Below are positions 33,580 to 45,538 of a DNA stretch of 64,000 nucleotides, piece after piece. The stretch lies in contig NW_027362762.1 of NCBI RefSeq assembly GCF_046119375.1, positions 194,742,001 through 194,806,000 on the forward strand, given 5' to 3'. Within the stretch, counting starts at the first letter, position 1, and each line of letters opens with the position of its first letter. Under the pieces are notes generated by a model. The model ran no database searches. It was not told the origin of the DNA and saw only the letters and a program-made list of their open reading frames with translations. Source of the DNA: Phyllobates terribilis. Lineage: Eukaryota. Both the position numbers and the translations under genes were made by a program.

Positions 33580-34078
33580 TTAATCAAGTGGAGAAGGTTT
33601 GGGCTGACAGAAAGGGCATATGGCAGTGCACTCACCTTGGAGGGATGTGCAGAGATGGAAGGAATCAGCAGCAGCTGTCCCAGGGGATGGTCCAGGAAAC
33701 ACCATGTATCAGAAAAATGTTTAAAAAATGTTAAAAAAAAGGAGGTGATAAAAGCACTGCTGAGTGCGACAGACAGGCGGGAAATATCTTTATAAGAGAA
33801 GAAGACATCTGTCTGATGTTGAAATGCGAAGCCCTTATTCTTTTAATAAATTCTGAAGTTAGATTGAGGTAATCTTTATTAGCAATCCAGTATGCATGGT
33901 AATTGTACATTTGTTTCGGTCAATGACTTAGACCTTCTTCAGATACACAGATTGCATTTAGGAGAGGCGTCTTTGGTAGAGAAGGGCCAGTGGTAAGGCA
34001 GCGTGACTGCAGTGGTGAGGTACCTCTGAAGACGGCCTAAATTATTGACTGAAATGTTGTATGTACAATTAATATATA

Positions 34079-36030
34079 CAGTCAGGTCCTGAAATATCTG
34101 GACAGTGACCGAATCTTCGTGACTTGTCCAATAGTTTTGATTAAAAAATGAAACAACTGAGATGCAATTGAAGTGAAGACTTTCATTTTTAATTAAAGAG
34201 ATTGAACAAAAATATCATATGAAATGTTTAGGAATTCCAACCATTTTTATGCAAAGCCTCCTCATTACAAAGTAATTGGACAAATTAACTTTACCAAAAG
34301 TAGAATGTTCATTTTTAATATTTTGTAGAGAATCCTTTGCAGGCAATGATTGCCTGAAGTCTGGAAGCCATGGATGTCACCAAACGCTGGGTTTCCTCCT
34401 TTGTGATGCTTTGCTAGGCCTTTACTGCAGCTGACTTCAGTTGTTGCTTCTTTGTGGGTTTTAAGCATGTGAGATGCTTGGATGGATTGAGATATGGTGA
34501 TTGACTCGGCCATTACAGAATATTCCAATTCTTTGCCTTTAAATACTCCAGTGTTGCTTTCGCTGTATGTTTTGGGACATATTGTCCATCTGTACTGTGA
34601 AGCGTCGTCCAATCAATCTTGCTGCCTTTGGTTGAAACAACAGAAAGTATCGCCCTGTACACTTCAGAATTCATCCCGCTGATTCTGTCTTCAGTCCCAT
34701 CATCAATAAACACTAGTGACCCAGTGCCATCATACTGCCTCCAACATGTTTTACAGAGGATGTGGTGTGCTTTGGATCATGAGCCTGTAATGCTGGTGGG
34801 TGTGGACCCACTGCGCCACGGGTCGAACTTACCCTGGAGGGGCATGACTAAGTGTCTATTGGGTATTCACTATAGCCTCTGATAGTGAGGATAGGTTGGG
34901 TCGCCAGTAGACACCAGGTACCACTCCAGGACAGTCCCCGGGACTGCAGCAGCTGACTGGAGGGTCAGTGACTTGGATATGGGATACAGGTGGGCGGAAC
35001 AGAAGCGTAGTCAGATGGTCCTCGGTCGGGGCAGGTAGCACAGGTTCAGAATTCATAGCTGAGGTCAGGAGGGGAGTGATCAGGATAGACGAGAAGGCAA
35101 GCCAGGTCGATAACAGGTGAGAGAAACCAGGAATATGCTAATACAGGAAGCTAGAGACTGAGCCACTAAAACCTAAGTTCAGGTGAGAAATGGAGTGTGG
35201 GGTTGCCGGATATATCACCTGCTGGCAGGTGATAGGCCGGGGAAGCAGATCTCTGCAGGACAGAATGATACAAATTCCTGCAGAGTTCAGCTGTGCCCCC
35301 TATGACTCACAAACAGTAGAGCTGGAAGAGAAGCGCCAGGCAGCTCAGACCGATGGTCAGGTACTGGGTGGAGCAGAGTGAAACACGCGGTGAGTAGGGC
35401 GATGCTTAGAAGGCGTGGGAGTGGCTGGCATAACATAGCCGTTCCAAGCCTTCTCCATTCTTTCTTCTTCCCATCATTCTAGTACAGGTAGATCTTAGTT
35501 TTATATGTCTAAAGAATGCTTTTCAAGAAATGGGCTGGCTTCTTTAAATGTTTTTTTGAAAAAGTCTAATCTGGCCTTTCTATTTTTAAAGCTAACTAAT
35601 GGATTGCACCTTGTGGTGAACCCTCTGTATTTGCTCGCATGAAGTCTTCTCTTTATGGTAGACTTAATACTAAAACATCTACTTCCTGCGGAGTGTTCTT
35701 CACTTGGGGTGGATGTTGTGAAGGGGTTTTTCTTCAACATGGAAAGGATTCTGTGATCATCCACCGCTGTTGTCTTCTGTGGCTGTCCAAGTCTTTTGAG
35801 TTCTAAAAGCTCTCTTTTTTGCAGAATGTACCAAACTGTTGATTTTGCAACTCCTAACATTTCTGATATCTCTCTGATGTATTTCGTCTTTTTTTTTTTC
35901 AGCCTAATGATGGTCTGTTTCACTTTTATTGACAGCATGTTGTGGGTTCACAACAATAGCTTCCAAATGCAAATACCATACCTGGAATCATCTCCAGACC
36001 TTTTACCTACTTAATTGATAATGGATTTGT
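34079..36030 (-). mobile_element. Decayed Tc1-like transposon interrupted by a solo LTR
   Basis: TA-CAGTCAGGTCC terminus at 34079. Minus-strand transposase fragments: LSIKVKQTIIRL..REISEMLGVAKSTVWYIL (HTH, 35501-35938) and MNSEVYRAIL, PKHTAKAT, KGFSTK (34265-34713). Confidence 0.85.
34786..35435. mobile_element. Solo LTR (650 bp) with a 5-bp TSD
   Basis: GAGCC-TGTAATGC...GCATAACA-TAGCC; removing it restores Tc1 sequence CATGAGCCGTTCC. Confidence 0.85.
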
Positions 36031-36032
36031 AA

Positions 36033-36500
36033 GGGGCCCAGGACAGTAGCCGTGGTTGAGGTACCAGAGGAAACTACCTGCCTGTTCTACCCGGTGCCAG
36101 CACAGAGCGGTCACTGACCGCTCCTGCTGGTGATTCAGCTGCTCCATGTCAACAGAGCAGCTCTTCATCTTCTGGGCAGCTCTGTCGACAAGGCGTGACT
36201 GCTGGCATTATACTGATTAACAGTTGGCTCCCTCCAGTTATGCAGCTGGGAGCCAGCGGTCAATCAGCATATCGGCAGTAATGCCCCATTGACAAAGCTG
36301 TGCGGAAGAGAAGCAACTGCTCTGTTGTCGTGATGTCAGTGGAAGCTGCTGAATCGCCAGCAGGAGCGTTCAGTGACTGCTCTGTACCAGCAGAGATTGG
36401 TGCCAGGCGCAACAGACAGGTAGGTGTCAACTAATTGCCTGTAAGTTCTTATGGCCATAGAAAAAAAAAACAAACAATTAAATAGTCCTGGATAACCCCT
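36033..36500. mobile_element. Kolobok/T2-type MITE
   Basis: Right end TCCTGGATAACCCCT-TTAA, degenerate left end, internal inverted repeats. Confidence 0.6.
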
Positions 36501-36849
36501 TTAATGACCGACCCTTGTGGAGAACAAGAGACGGCATTGACTATGACAGTTCTACTGCTAATCCCCGCTTTAGGCCAGTCCTAGAGATTTATGGCCAAAT
36601 GCATTATTTGGCGCGGTCCAGTGGTGTATGAGCTACGGCCTTTTACGTTATGAGGACAACACGTCACTGCCATCTAGTAATATGGCAGACAGCGCAGAAG
36701 GCAAGAATCCGGGTAACAATCAGAAAGCTAGAGGAATCTTTTCTGATATTTTACGACATTTCCTATCACTCGGTCCTGTCTAGTGTGAAAGACTCATTGG
36801 GGGGAGACGGAAGGAGCTCATGACTAAGAGTCACCACAGTAATCAATGG

Positions 36850-37325
36850 GGAGCCATCATTACACAGGGGGAGCCGTCATTACACGGGGACGGGGGAGCA
36901 GTCATTACATGGGGGGGGGGAGCCGTATTACACAGGGGTGAGTCATCATTTCACAGGGGGGTGTCATTACGTAGGGGGGGTCATTACACAGGGGGAGCCC
37001 TCATTTCCCGGGGTGGGGGGGGGTGTCATTACACAGGGGGAGCCGTCATTACACGGGGGGGGGGGGCGGGTGTCATTACCCAGGGGGGATGTCATTACAC
37101 ATGGGTGAGTAGTCATTACACGAGGGGGGTGTCATTACATAGGGGTGAGTCGCCATTACACAGGGGGGAGCTGTCATTACACAGAGGTGAATCGTCATTA
37201 CACGAGGGGGGTGTCATTACCCAGGGGGAGCCGTCATTACACGGGGGGGTGTCATTACACGAGGGGGGATGTCATTACACATGGGGAGCCGTCATTACAC
37301 GGGGTGGGGGGCCATCATTACACAG
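36850..37325. repeat. G-rich minisatellite, about 20-bp unit GTCATTACAC(G)n, about 23 units, directly upstream of the cd63 promoter
   Basis: Counted about 23 (T)CATTAC cores, each followed by a G-run of variable length. Confidence 0.92.
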
Positions 37326-37329
37326 GCGC

Positions 37330-37440
37330 TGAGTCACGGGGGTTCCCTGTGAGAGGCACCAGGCAGTCTCCCTCCTTCCCAGCCCGGGTCACATGATTTA
37401 GAGAGCGGGGGCAGGAAGTTTAGCAGGGGAGGTGCCGCCC
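37330..37440 (+). promoter_or_regulatory. cd63: Putative TATA-less cd63 core promoter: AP-1, CLEAR/M-box-like E-box, ETS and GC-box motifs
   Basis: TGAGTCA 37330-37336; GTCACATGAT 37388-37397; CAGGAAGT 37412-37419; CCGCCC 37435-37440. The region is GC/CpG-rich and immediately precedes exon 1. Confidence 0.55.
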
Positions 37441-37506
37441 ACATCTACCATTTAGTGAACTCGGTGTAAGCAGCAACAGGCAGGACTCGGTGTGTGGCGC
37501 AGAGAG
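37441..37506 (+). other. cd63: cd63 non-coding exon 1 (start approximate)
   Basis: Strong donor GAG|GTGAGT at 37506/37507 and a 229-bp GC-rich intron ending TGCAG at 37735, 13 nt before the ATG. A non-coding first exon matches the known CD63 gene structure. Confidence 0.6.
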
Positions 37507-37748
37507 GTGAGTGCGGCGGCCGCAGCTCCGGGGACTCTGCAGGGCGGAGGGCTGTTATTCCACGGTGCAATCCCCAGGGGAGGCTCCATACCTCTGCCCT
37601 GGCCGGAGGGTACAGTCTGGACTGCGGGGAGTGTAGGGACGGGTGTAACCGGGCAGCGGAGGGAGGGCCGGCGTCCTCCGCTCATATAAGTGTATAATAG
37701 GTGGCTCCTAACACCGTGTGATCTTTATTGTGCAGACACGGCAGCAGG

Positions 37749-37814
37749 ATGGCGGTGGAAGGAGGGATGAAGTGTGTCAAGTATCTCGTCTTCATCTTTA
37801 ACTTCTTGTTCTGG
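37749..37814 (+). CDS. cd63: CD63 tetraspanin, coding exon 1 (exon 2): MAVEGGMKCVKYLVFIFNFLFW
   Basis: Matches the CD63 N-terminus MAVEGGMKCVK; 66 nt, donor GTAAGT. Confidence 0.96.
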
Positions 37815-38370
37815 GTAAGTGGCTCTTTTTCTTTGTGTAGAGCAGAGAGGACACGTAACGATCGTGTGATGATGATGATTCCTCTCCTGTGGCCACCCTG
37901 TAGGACTATCATGGCTTCCTGTGGGATGGGCTCAGCTGGTGGCCCAAAGTAATGTAACCCTTCTGTGCCAGGCTGGGTGGGCAGATCAGCAGCTGCTCGT
38001 CCTTGGTGCCTGTAACTTCCTATTACACGGTGATCGCCTCCGAGAAAGACTTTACTGCTATGGCGACCTGGGGTTTTTAATAAATTTCGGATCTTTAATC
38101 AGATGTCGTCATTGGTGCAATTCTGATCTGATTTTCCTCGTTTAGGTAAATTGCTGATGTGTTGGCCTATATGGAGGTCTGAGATCTGCTATGTTGCTAA
38201 AATAGCACTAAGTTATGTTTGATACAAGAAACTTAAATTGTAAGTGTTTGGGACTATATAATGGGCTACAACTGTAATACTTGCACCAAGTCTCCCCTGA
38301 CCGTCATCTGCTGTTGCTGAATTTGCAAATCTTTTCAAATATTGTAACCTATACTTGGAGGCAGGTCGTC

Positions 38371-38694
38371 GGGGCTTTAACATTGATGGTCTATCATTGA
38401 GATAGGTCACCAACATCTGATCAGTGGGGGTGTGACACCCCTACCAATCAACTATTTCTGGTTTTGTGGGGTGCTGGAACTACTCAGTTACACAGCTGTG
38501 TTGACAGACTAGTGGCTGGGTACTACATATGTGCCCCCTATTGATTTGAATAGGTGGCAGTTGTGTTAGTACTTGGTTGTGACCAATATTCTGTAACTGA
38601 GCAGTTCTGGCTGACACAATCAGCTAATAGGTGGGAGTTCTGGGTATTGCACCCCCACTGATCAGACTTTGATGACTATCAATGTTAAAGCCCC
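38371..38694. mobile_element. MITE-like element in cd63 intron 2
   Basis: Perfect 17-bp inverted repeat GGGGCTTTAACATTGAT (38371) / ATCAATGTTAAAGCCCC (38694) plus inner CTGATCAGTGGGGG / CCCCCACTGATCAG. Confidence 0.6.
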
Positions 38695-39095
38695 AGCTGA
38701 AGGCTCTTTCAAGTCTTTGAAAATATCACGGTCCATAGGATGAAGGATAACTTCCAGATTTCTGGGCGTGTGGCTGCTGGGACCCCCACCCATCCTGAGA
38801 ACCAAGGCTGTGGAGATCGCCATGTGAATGGAGCTGTGGGGCTCTTCGGAACCCTGGTTTTTGGGATTGGTGCAGGTCCAAGAAGTGATTGGCATTAGCC
38901 CATGAATAGGGGATAACTTTCAAACGTTAATTTAACAAGTCATTCATGTTGGTTAGGTGATTCCCTTTTGAGATCATTTATTTTCTGAAGAGAAGACTTG
39001 GACAGACTTTTATCTGGTATCAGTGGCTGTACTTAGAATTTAGTTGATCAAACATTGAATCGGTGTTTGCTTAATGGTCATGACATTGTCGTATA

Positions 39096-39671
39096 CAAGT
39101 GCTTCTCACTAAATTAGAATATCATCAAAAAGTTAATTTTATTTCAGGTCTTCAATACAAAAAGTGAAACTCGTATATTATATAGTCATTACAAACAGTG
39201 CTTGATTGGCCAGAAAACTCGCCTGACCTTAACCCCATAGAGAATCTATGGGGTATTGTCAAGAGGAAGATGAGAGACACCAGACCCAACAATGCAGATG
39301 AGCTGAAGGCAGCTATCAAAGCAACCTGGGCTTCCATAACACCTCAGCAGTGCCACAGGCTGATCGCCTCCATGCCACGCCGCATTGATACAAAAGGAGT
39401 CCCGACCAAGTATTGAGTGCAGACACTGAACATTTCAGTAGGCCAACATTTCGGATTCTAAAAAACCTTTTTCAACTGTTATAAAGTATTCTAATTTACT
39501 GAGATAATGATTTTTGTGTTTTCATTGGCTGTAAGCCATAATCATCAACATTAACAGAAATAAACACTTGAAATAGATCACTGTAATGACTACATAATGA
39601 GTTTCACTTTTTGTATTGAAGAACTAAAATAAATTAACTTTTTGATATTCTAATTTAGTGAGAAGCACTTG
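39096..39671 (+). mobile_element. Internally deleted Tc1-like element (576 bp), TA TSD
   Basis: TA-CAAGTGCTTCTCACTAAATTAGAATATCA...TGATATTCTAATTTAGTGAGAAGCACTTG-TA; retains LDWPENSPDLNPIENLWGIVKRKM. Confidence 0.92.
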
Positions 39672-42316
39672 TACATGTTTTATATTAGTTAACAGGAGTT
39701 CAGGGTGGCCAAACATTAATTTCCACTGAGTAAGCAGTGACTATTGGAAATGATGTTTAGTGTAGGACAGACAGTTCATGATACGTACATGGATGGCTGG
39801 TTACTCTTGGGTGACGTTTTGCTCCCCACTGAAGCCAATAGCTGTCCGCTGGTCTGGCAGTTGTGTGGTTTTATGGCTGTGGACAGCCAGCACCTGTGTG
39901 GTCTCATTTCTACTCTTCCCCCATGTGAATGGTTCTTCAGACTATAGATAACTGAGCCTATGCACTAACTATCAGGAAAAACTAGATAGTTAAGAAAACG
40001 ATTGTTTGCAGAATTCCAAATCACGTTTGTTATGGTTTAAATACAAATTATCAACTTTTATTGCCACCAACATTGGGGCACCTTCTAGCCGTCCCAGTAC
40101 ACCATGTTGTCTGCCCGTTTTATCAGTCGTCAAGGTTCATTGATGAATACTAATGTATGTGGCCGCTGGTGTAAGCAGATCCCTGTTGCTCCAGCTCTGA
40201 GTGGGTGTTAAGACAAATGTGTTTTTCTGGGGACGTCAGCTGGAAAGGTTACACCACCGCATCTAGGTTGCACAACTGTTTCCTTTTAGTCCAGGTCTTA
40301 TAATTATCCGGATATAGCAGAGCTATACTTGTTTCTTTACACTCTCTCCTCTCTTTATATAGTTTCCCTCCTGTATGTTTTTCTGTGTAACCCTCCCCTT
40401 GCTCTTTGCCGTACATGATTGGTGTCCTGAGGCCTAATCTTAATGCTGTATATACCTGTGTTTGTGTATAAACTGTTTTGTTACCTAGCTGTGTTGGTTT
40501 ATCAGAAACTGGTTTTCAGCCGCTATGTGGAGTGTTGGAGATCGAGACTGTCAGTCTACATTCTTGAGATGGATGTTATGCTCTTACACTAGTGTTACCA
40601 GTATTCTCACTTTTAAGACTGAATGATTTTTTTTTGCTTTACATTTACCATAGATTCTCCTTTTTACACTTGTGGTAAATACAAGTTACGTGATCTCTAT
40701 TTCAGGCAAATGTCACATCCTGAACTTGATCTACAGGTTTTTCTGAAGCCTCTAATGGCTGTCTGTTGTTGGTTGGAAAGATAAAGGATGATTGCATGCA
40801 GAAAAGGCAAGGAAAGCCATAATCATGTGGTCTTTGGATTACGGCCGTCTGCATACTGATTCACTGTGTGTTTTGGCAGTGTATTTCCTCTATTTATATC
40901 CGAGTTTTGTGTTTCTTCCAATTGTCGGTTCTGGATGCAGGTTGATTTGTCATGCATGTTGCTGTGCTATTTAGCTGGCCTGCTATCGCACAAATAAAGT
41001 GACAAAAGTGATGCTGGCTGCCGATTTAATCACAGGAGCAGGATAACAAAGGCTTTCTCTTAAAAACAGCACCACCCATGTCCGCAGGATGTATGTGGCA
41101 TTGCAACTCGGCTACACTTAATTCAGTAGTGCTGAGCCTCAATTCAAGACTCGGCTCATTAAGTTCCATCAGGAATATAAGTCAAAGAAGCACTTCCATG
41201 AACTTCACCAATCCACCTAAATCTGTATATGTAGTGTAATATACTCGGGTATTGCTGTCTTCTCCGGTATCCAGTGCCGTCCTGCTCCTCTGAGTGACAT
41301 GACCTCAGCATGTGCAGGATTTTACATTGCACAGTTAAAAACATTTTGTCTTGAGCAATTTTAAATGTAGAAAGAGGTGAACGAAGCAACCTGTGTGCTA
41401 TCATAAGCTAGATAATTTTAGAATCTTGGGATCAATTGTGTTCTTCATCCACCTAACATGATCCATGTCTCAGGACCTGCTGGTTTTCACGGACCAATCT
41501 GTTTTTGCGTCTCGCACCCGCCCATTATTATCTATGGAGATTCATATGAAACATAACTTAATTTTATACTTGAGTTTTTCATCCTCTTTCACAGATCTAT
41601 TGCTAATAATCAAGGCTGAATAAAAGTTAAAATGCCTACCTGTCAGTCTTTTAAAAACTAATACAACACACGATAAATAAAAATAAATATAGAAACAAAT
41701 GTCAAAAAACCGATGTGTGAACATGGCTTTAGTCTAATGTGGAGGTGAGTAATTAATTTTCCCAATGGGACACATGATAGACCGTGTCTGTTGTGGAGGG
41801 CTGATCCAATAGGTGGAAATTTTAATTCGGCTCAATATACATGTTATATCACTTTATTTTGAGTAGAATAACGAGTGTTCACAAGTGCTTGTTCTCAACC
41901 ATCCGATTATTTGTTTTATAGAATCAGATCAAGATCTGACAAATCTTTTGCCATTTTTGTGGATCGCTCAGTCTGTAAAAATTGACTACCATAGGTACAA
42001 GTTTTTCAGAGTTTTTTGCGCACTCTTTAGCTGCTTTATTAACTTAGTCAGGGGAGGGAAGAAGCAGGCGTGTGCATGAGATTATTGAACTCTCATAGCT
42101 TTAGCTGCCACTGGACAATGCAACTTATTTAAAGAGGGGGGGAAAAAAATCCCACTGCATGTGAAAATATCCAACCAAGACAGACTCTGAACTATTCAGT
42201 AAAAGTAAGAAAACTAATGACCTCTTGTACGGGAAGTGAGAAATCTAAATGGGTGTACACATGCATATTTCAGATTGACTTGCATTACTTCCTGAATGTC
42301 GGACTGTAGTTTAGAC

Positions 42317-43654
42317 CAGTGGTCCCCAACCTTTTTTGCACCAGGGACCGGCTTGAAGCAAGATCATTTTTCCATGGCCCAGCAAGGAGGGGGTGGGGTG
42401 GGCGGGGCTTTGGTCATATGGGGGCGGGGTAATGGAGGGATTTGGAGTTTAGTGCATACTTATCATATAGTGTAGACCAGGAGCTATGCCAGGAGCCCCA
42501 CATAATGTGCTGTGCCAGGAGCCGCATCACTGAGGCCCCATCACGCCCTGCAGCAGGACAGGGCAGCTGTCCTGACAGCTGCTGTTCAGCTGCATTTACT
42601 TCATCCCAGGGGCGGACACAGACTGTAGTGGGCCCCTGTGCAAGAAATTTTTGGGGGCCCCCCCCGCCCTTCATAAGGCAACAAAGTTATGTAAACATAA
42701 CCCCCCCCATGTGCATCTCTCATCCACCCCCCCGTGCGCGTCTCTCTCATCCACCCCCCCCGTGCGCGTCTCTCTCATCCACCCCCCCCGTGCGCGTCTC
42801 TCTCATCCACCCCCCCGTGCGCGTCTCTCTCATCCACCCCCCCCGTGCGCGTCTCTCTCATCCACCCCCCCCGTGCGCGTCTCTCTCATCCACCCCCCCC
42901 GTGCGCGTCTCTCTCATCCACCCCCCCGTGCGCGTCTCTCTCATCCACCCCCCCCGTGCGCGTCTCTCTCATCCACCCCCCCCGTGCGCGTCTCTCTCAT
43001 CCACCCCCCCCGTGCGCGTCTCTCTCATCCACCCCCCCCGTGCGCGTCTCTCTCATCCACCCCCCCCGTGCGCGTCTCTCTCATCCACCCCCCCGTGCGC
43101 GTCTCTCTCATCCACCCCCCCGTGCGCGTCTCTCTCATCCACCCCCCCGTGCGCGTCTCTCTCATCCACCCCCCCGTGCGCGTCTCTCTCATCCACCCCC
43201 CCCCCCCCGTGCGCGTCTCTCTCATCCACCCCCCCCCCCTCCTAGTTAATTGTATTTAAAAAAAAATAAAACTTGTTATACTTACCCCCATGCGATCCCT
43301 GCAGAATCCTGGCGCTCGTCCAAATCGCTGACACCAGGTTCTCCTGACTTCCGGCCATGTGACGGCGCCGTCACATGACCGGAAGTCAGGGGAATCATGA
43401 AGGTGCAGCAGCGCAGCGCTAAGATGTCCCGGACCCGGCGCTTAGCATGCGGCCGGGGGCCCCATGAGGAGAGAGACGCACAAGAGGGGGGCTCCGAGGG
43501 GGCTCCTACCGGCCGGGCCCCATACTGGAGTCAGGGCAGTCATGCCCTGATGGCGGCCCTGCTGGAGGCTGGAGGGGCCCCCTCTCCCCGCGGACCGGCT
43601 GAAAAACCCCAACGGCCCGGTCCTGGTACGTGGACCGGCGGTTGGGGACCTCTG
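42317..43654. mobile_element. Non-autonomous hAT element (1338 bp) with a perfect 8-bp TSD
   Basis: GTTTAGAC-CAGTGGTCCCCAACC...GGTTGGGGACCTCTG-GTTTAGAC. Confidence 0.92.
42709..43240. repeat. Minisatellite: invariant GTGCGCGTCTCTCTCATCCA plus a C7-C13 run, 18 full copies
   Basis: Counted units starting at 42734 through 43209; lies inside the hAT element. Confidence 0.95.
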
Positions 43655-43806
43655 GTTTAGACGAGCCATCTTCTGATTTTAAAAAGCATGACTATGTTGG
43701 TCTTCTCCATCCCAAGTCATGCTCACCTGGATCTGAGAGCTGAGCGCTTCAGGCTCGACTCAAATGGAAACTGTACTTTCAACAAACTTTGAATAAATAA
43801 GTAGTA

Positions 43807-44641
43807 GGCTGTGTGCCCACTATATTAAGCGTTTCCGCAGCGGCAATTCCGCTGCAGAAACGCTTAAACGCTTGGTAGAAGGCCTGCCATGTTCCCCAAT
43901 GATGATCCGCATGTGTTGTGTACATGCTGCTGAAATCTCCGCTGCGGATTATCATCGCGGAAAAACCCGCAGCCCTACCAATTTTGCTGAAGCGCGGCGT
44001 TTTCGCCGCCATTGACTTGCATTGGACCGCATGGAATCCGCATCACTGGATCTGTACATGCAGATTCCATACGTTTCAATGTGCGGATGGTACCCGGGTC
44101 TGGAGAAGAGGAGACTCTCCTCCGGACCCGGGTACCACAGTACCTGGGGTGGGGGTGGGGGGGATAAAATAAAAAAGAAATATACTTATCTTCTGATGGC
44201 CCCCGGTGTCCTTGTCTCGGCTTGCCGGCAGCTTGCGGTGGACTCAAGGACCTGCGGTGACGTCATTTAGTCATGTGACGGGTCACGCGACCACTGACTT
44301 CGGCAGGTCCTTTAGTGTACCGTGATCTGCCGGGAAGCCAAAACAAGGACACCGGGGGCCGTCAGAAGGTAAGTATATATTTTTTTACCATTCTTTCGGT
44401 CACACTATATAAATCCATGCGTATAGTGTGACCAAGTTGACAAGCACTTTCCAAGTGATGCTAAAATCCCTTGGAAAGCGCTTGACAACCCGCATGCAGA
44501 AATGCATGTGAACGCTTCACATCCGCTTGTCCCTGGCAGGAAAAACGCATGTACAATCCACATGCATTTTTTTTCTGCCAGGGAGATGCAGAAACGCTCA
44601 GAAAAAAATCCAGAGCATTTCTGCATCGTGGGCACATAACT
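43807..44641 (-). mobile_element. PIF/Harbinger-type MITE copy B (inverted relative to copies A and C)
   Basis: Begins GGCTGTGTGCCCAC and ends CTGCATCGTGGGCACATA; the body is the reverse complement of 30705-31600. Confidence 0.88.
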
Positions 44642-45384
44642 ATAATGATGCATATATGAAACTTTATTAGAGTTAAGCAAAAAAAGGTTTGGAGGGCCCT
44701 TGTTCAGCAGCTATGCAGGTAATCCATGGCCGGCACACCAAACACTGAAATTACCTGCGGCATCCCTTGCACCTCTTCTGATCAGAAATCCCTGCAATGT
44801 CATTACACTGCAGCATAAAACACCAGCAAAGTTGCAGGTGGCGAATACTTAGTTGCTGGCAGTGGCACAGGTAACTGGAGGATTGCAGTGCTCTGGTCCT
44901 GAGGCCATGAACTACCAACGTTCTGCCAATCTTCTTACTCAATTCTGTTTAGAATATATCTTAGAAAAACCTGCTTTTTACTCCACTTATTCCCCTGCTT
45001 CCTGAATTCATCTACTCTGAAAAAGCAGCGCATATCTGTCTTGGCCAAAATGAAAAGTGACTGCCAGCACAGTGAGTTGCCATGTAACACCTATAGTATA
45101 CTATGGGGAGGAGACAAAATGTATGAGAAAACAAGCAGAGGGAGAAATGGAAAGATGGTGACGAGCTTTCTGATGAGTCTTATTTCACCTTAGAACTGGA
45201 TTCACATCTATACTGCTTAGTATCTCTTCTTTCTGTGTGCTAACTGAGCAGGAATCCATTTCAATGTGTATGGGAGATGACCTAGCATTTAGTCTCTAAC
45301 CACCAGCTCAGTTGAATGTAAATTAAACGAGTTGTATACTACTCTTAACACACCTTTCTCAATCTGTTTCCCTCTTGTAAAATA

Positions 45385-45538
45385 ACATCTATACTTGTAG
45401 ATTGTGAGCCCTCACGGGCACGGTCATCTCTCCTCCTGTACCAGTCGCCGTCACGTTTTGTTCAAGATTGTGTTTTTATGTATAACCCCTTTTTGACATG
45501 TAAAGCGCCATGGAATAACTGGTGCTATAATAATAATA
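45385..45538 (+). mobile_element. L2 LINE 3' end
   Basis: TAGATTGTGAGCCCTCACGGGCA..TGTAAAGCGCCATGGAATAA..GCTATAATAATAAT tail. Confidence 0.7.

Noticed and set aside
11650-37300. Exons of a neighbouring gene (for example the genes flanking CD63 in mammals, GDF11 or RDH5)
   Set aside because: I recognised no such peptide in the ORF track or by eye. Small exons could have been missed, so absence is not proven.
36820-37396. 170-aa Gly/His-rich ORF upstream of cd63
   Set aside because: Translation of the G-rich VNTR; no evidence it is an exon.
42709-43240. Regular repeat-plus-linker array superficially like a CRISPR array; Pro-rich ORFs 42442..43259
   Set aside because: The linkers are only C homopolymers rather than unique spacers, there are no cas genes, the context is eukaryotic, and the array lies inside a hAT element. 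The ORFs are translations of the repeat.
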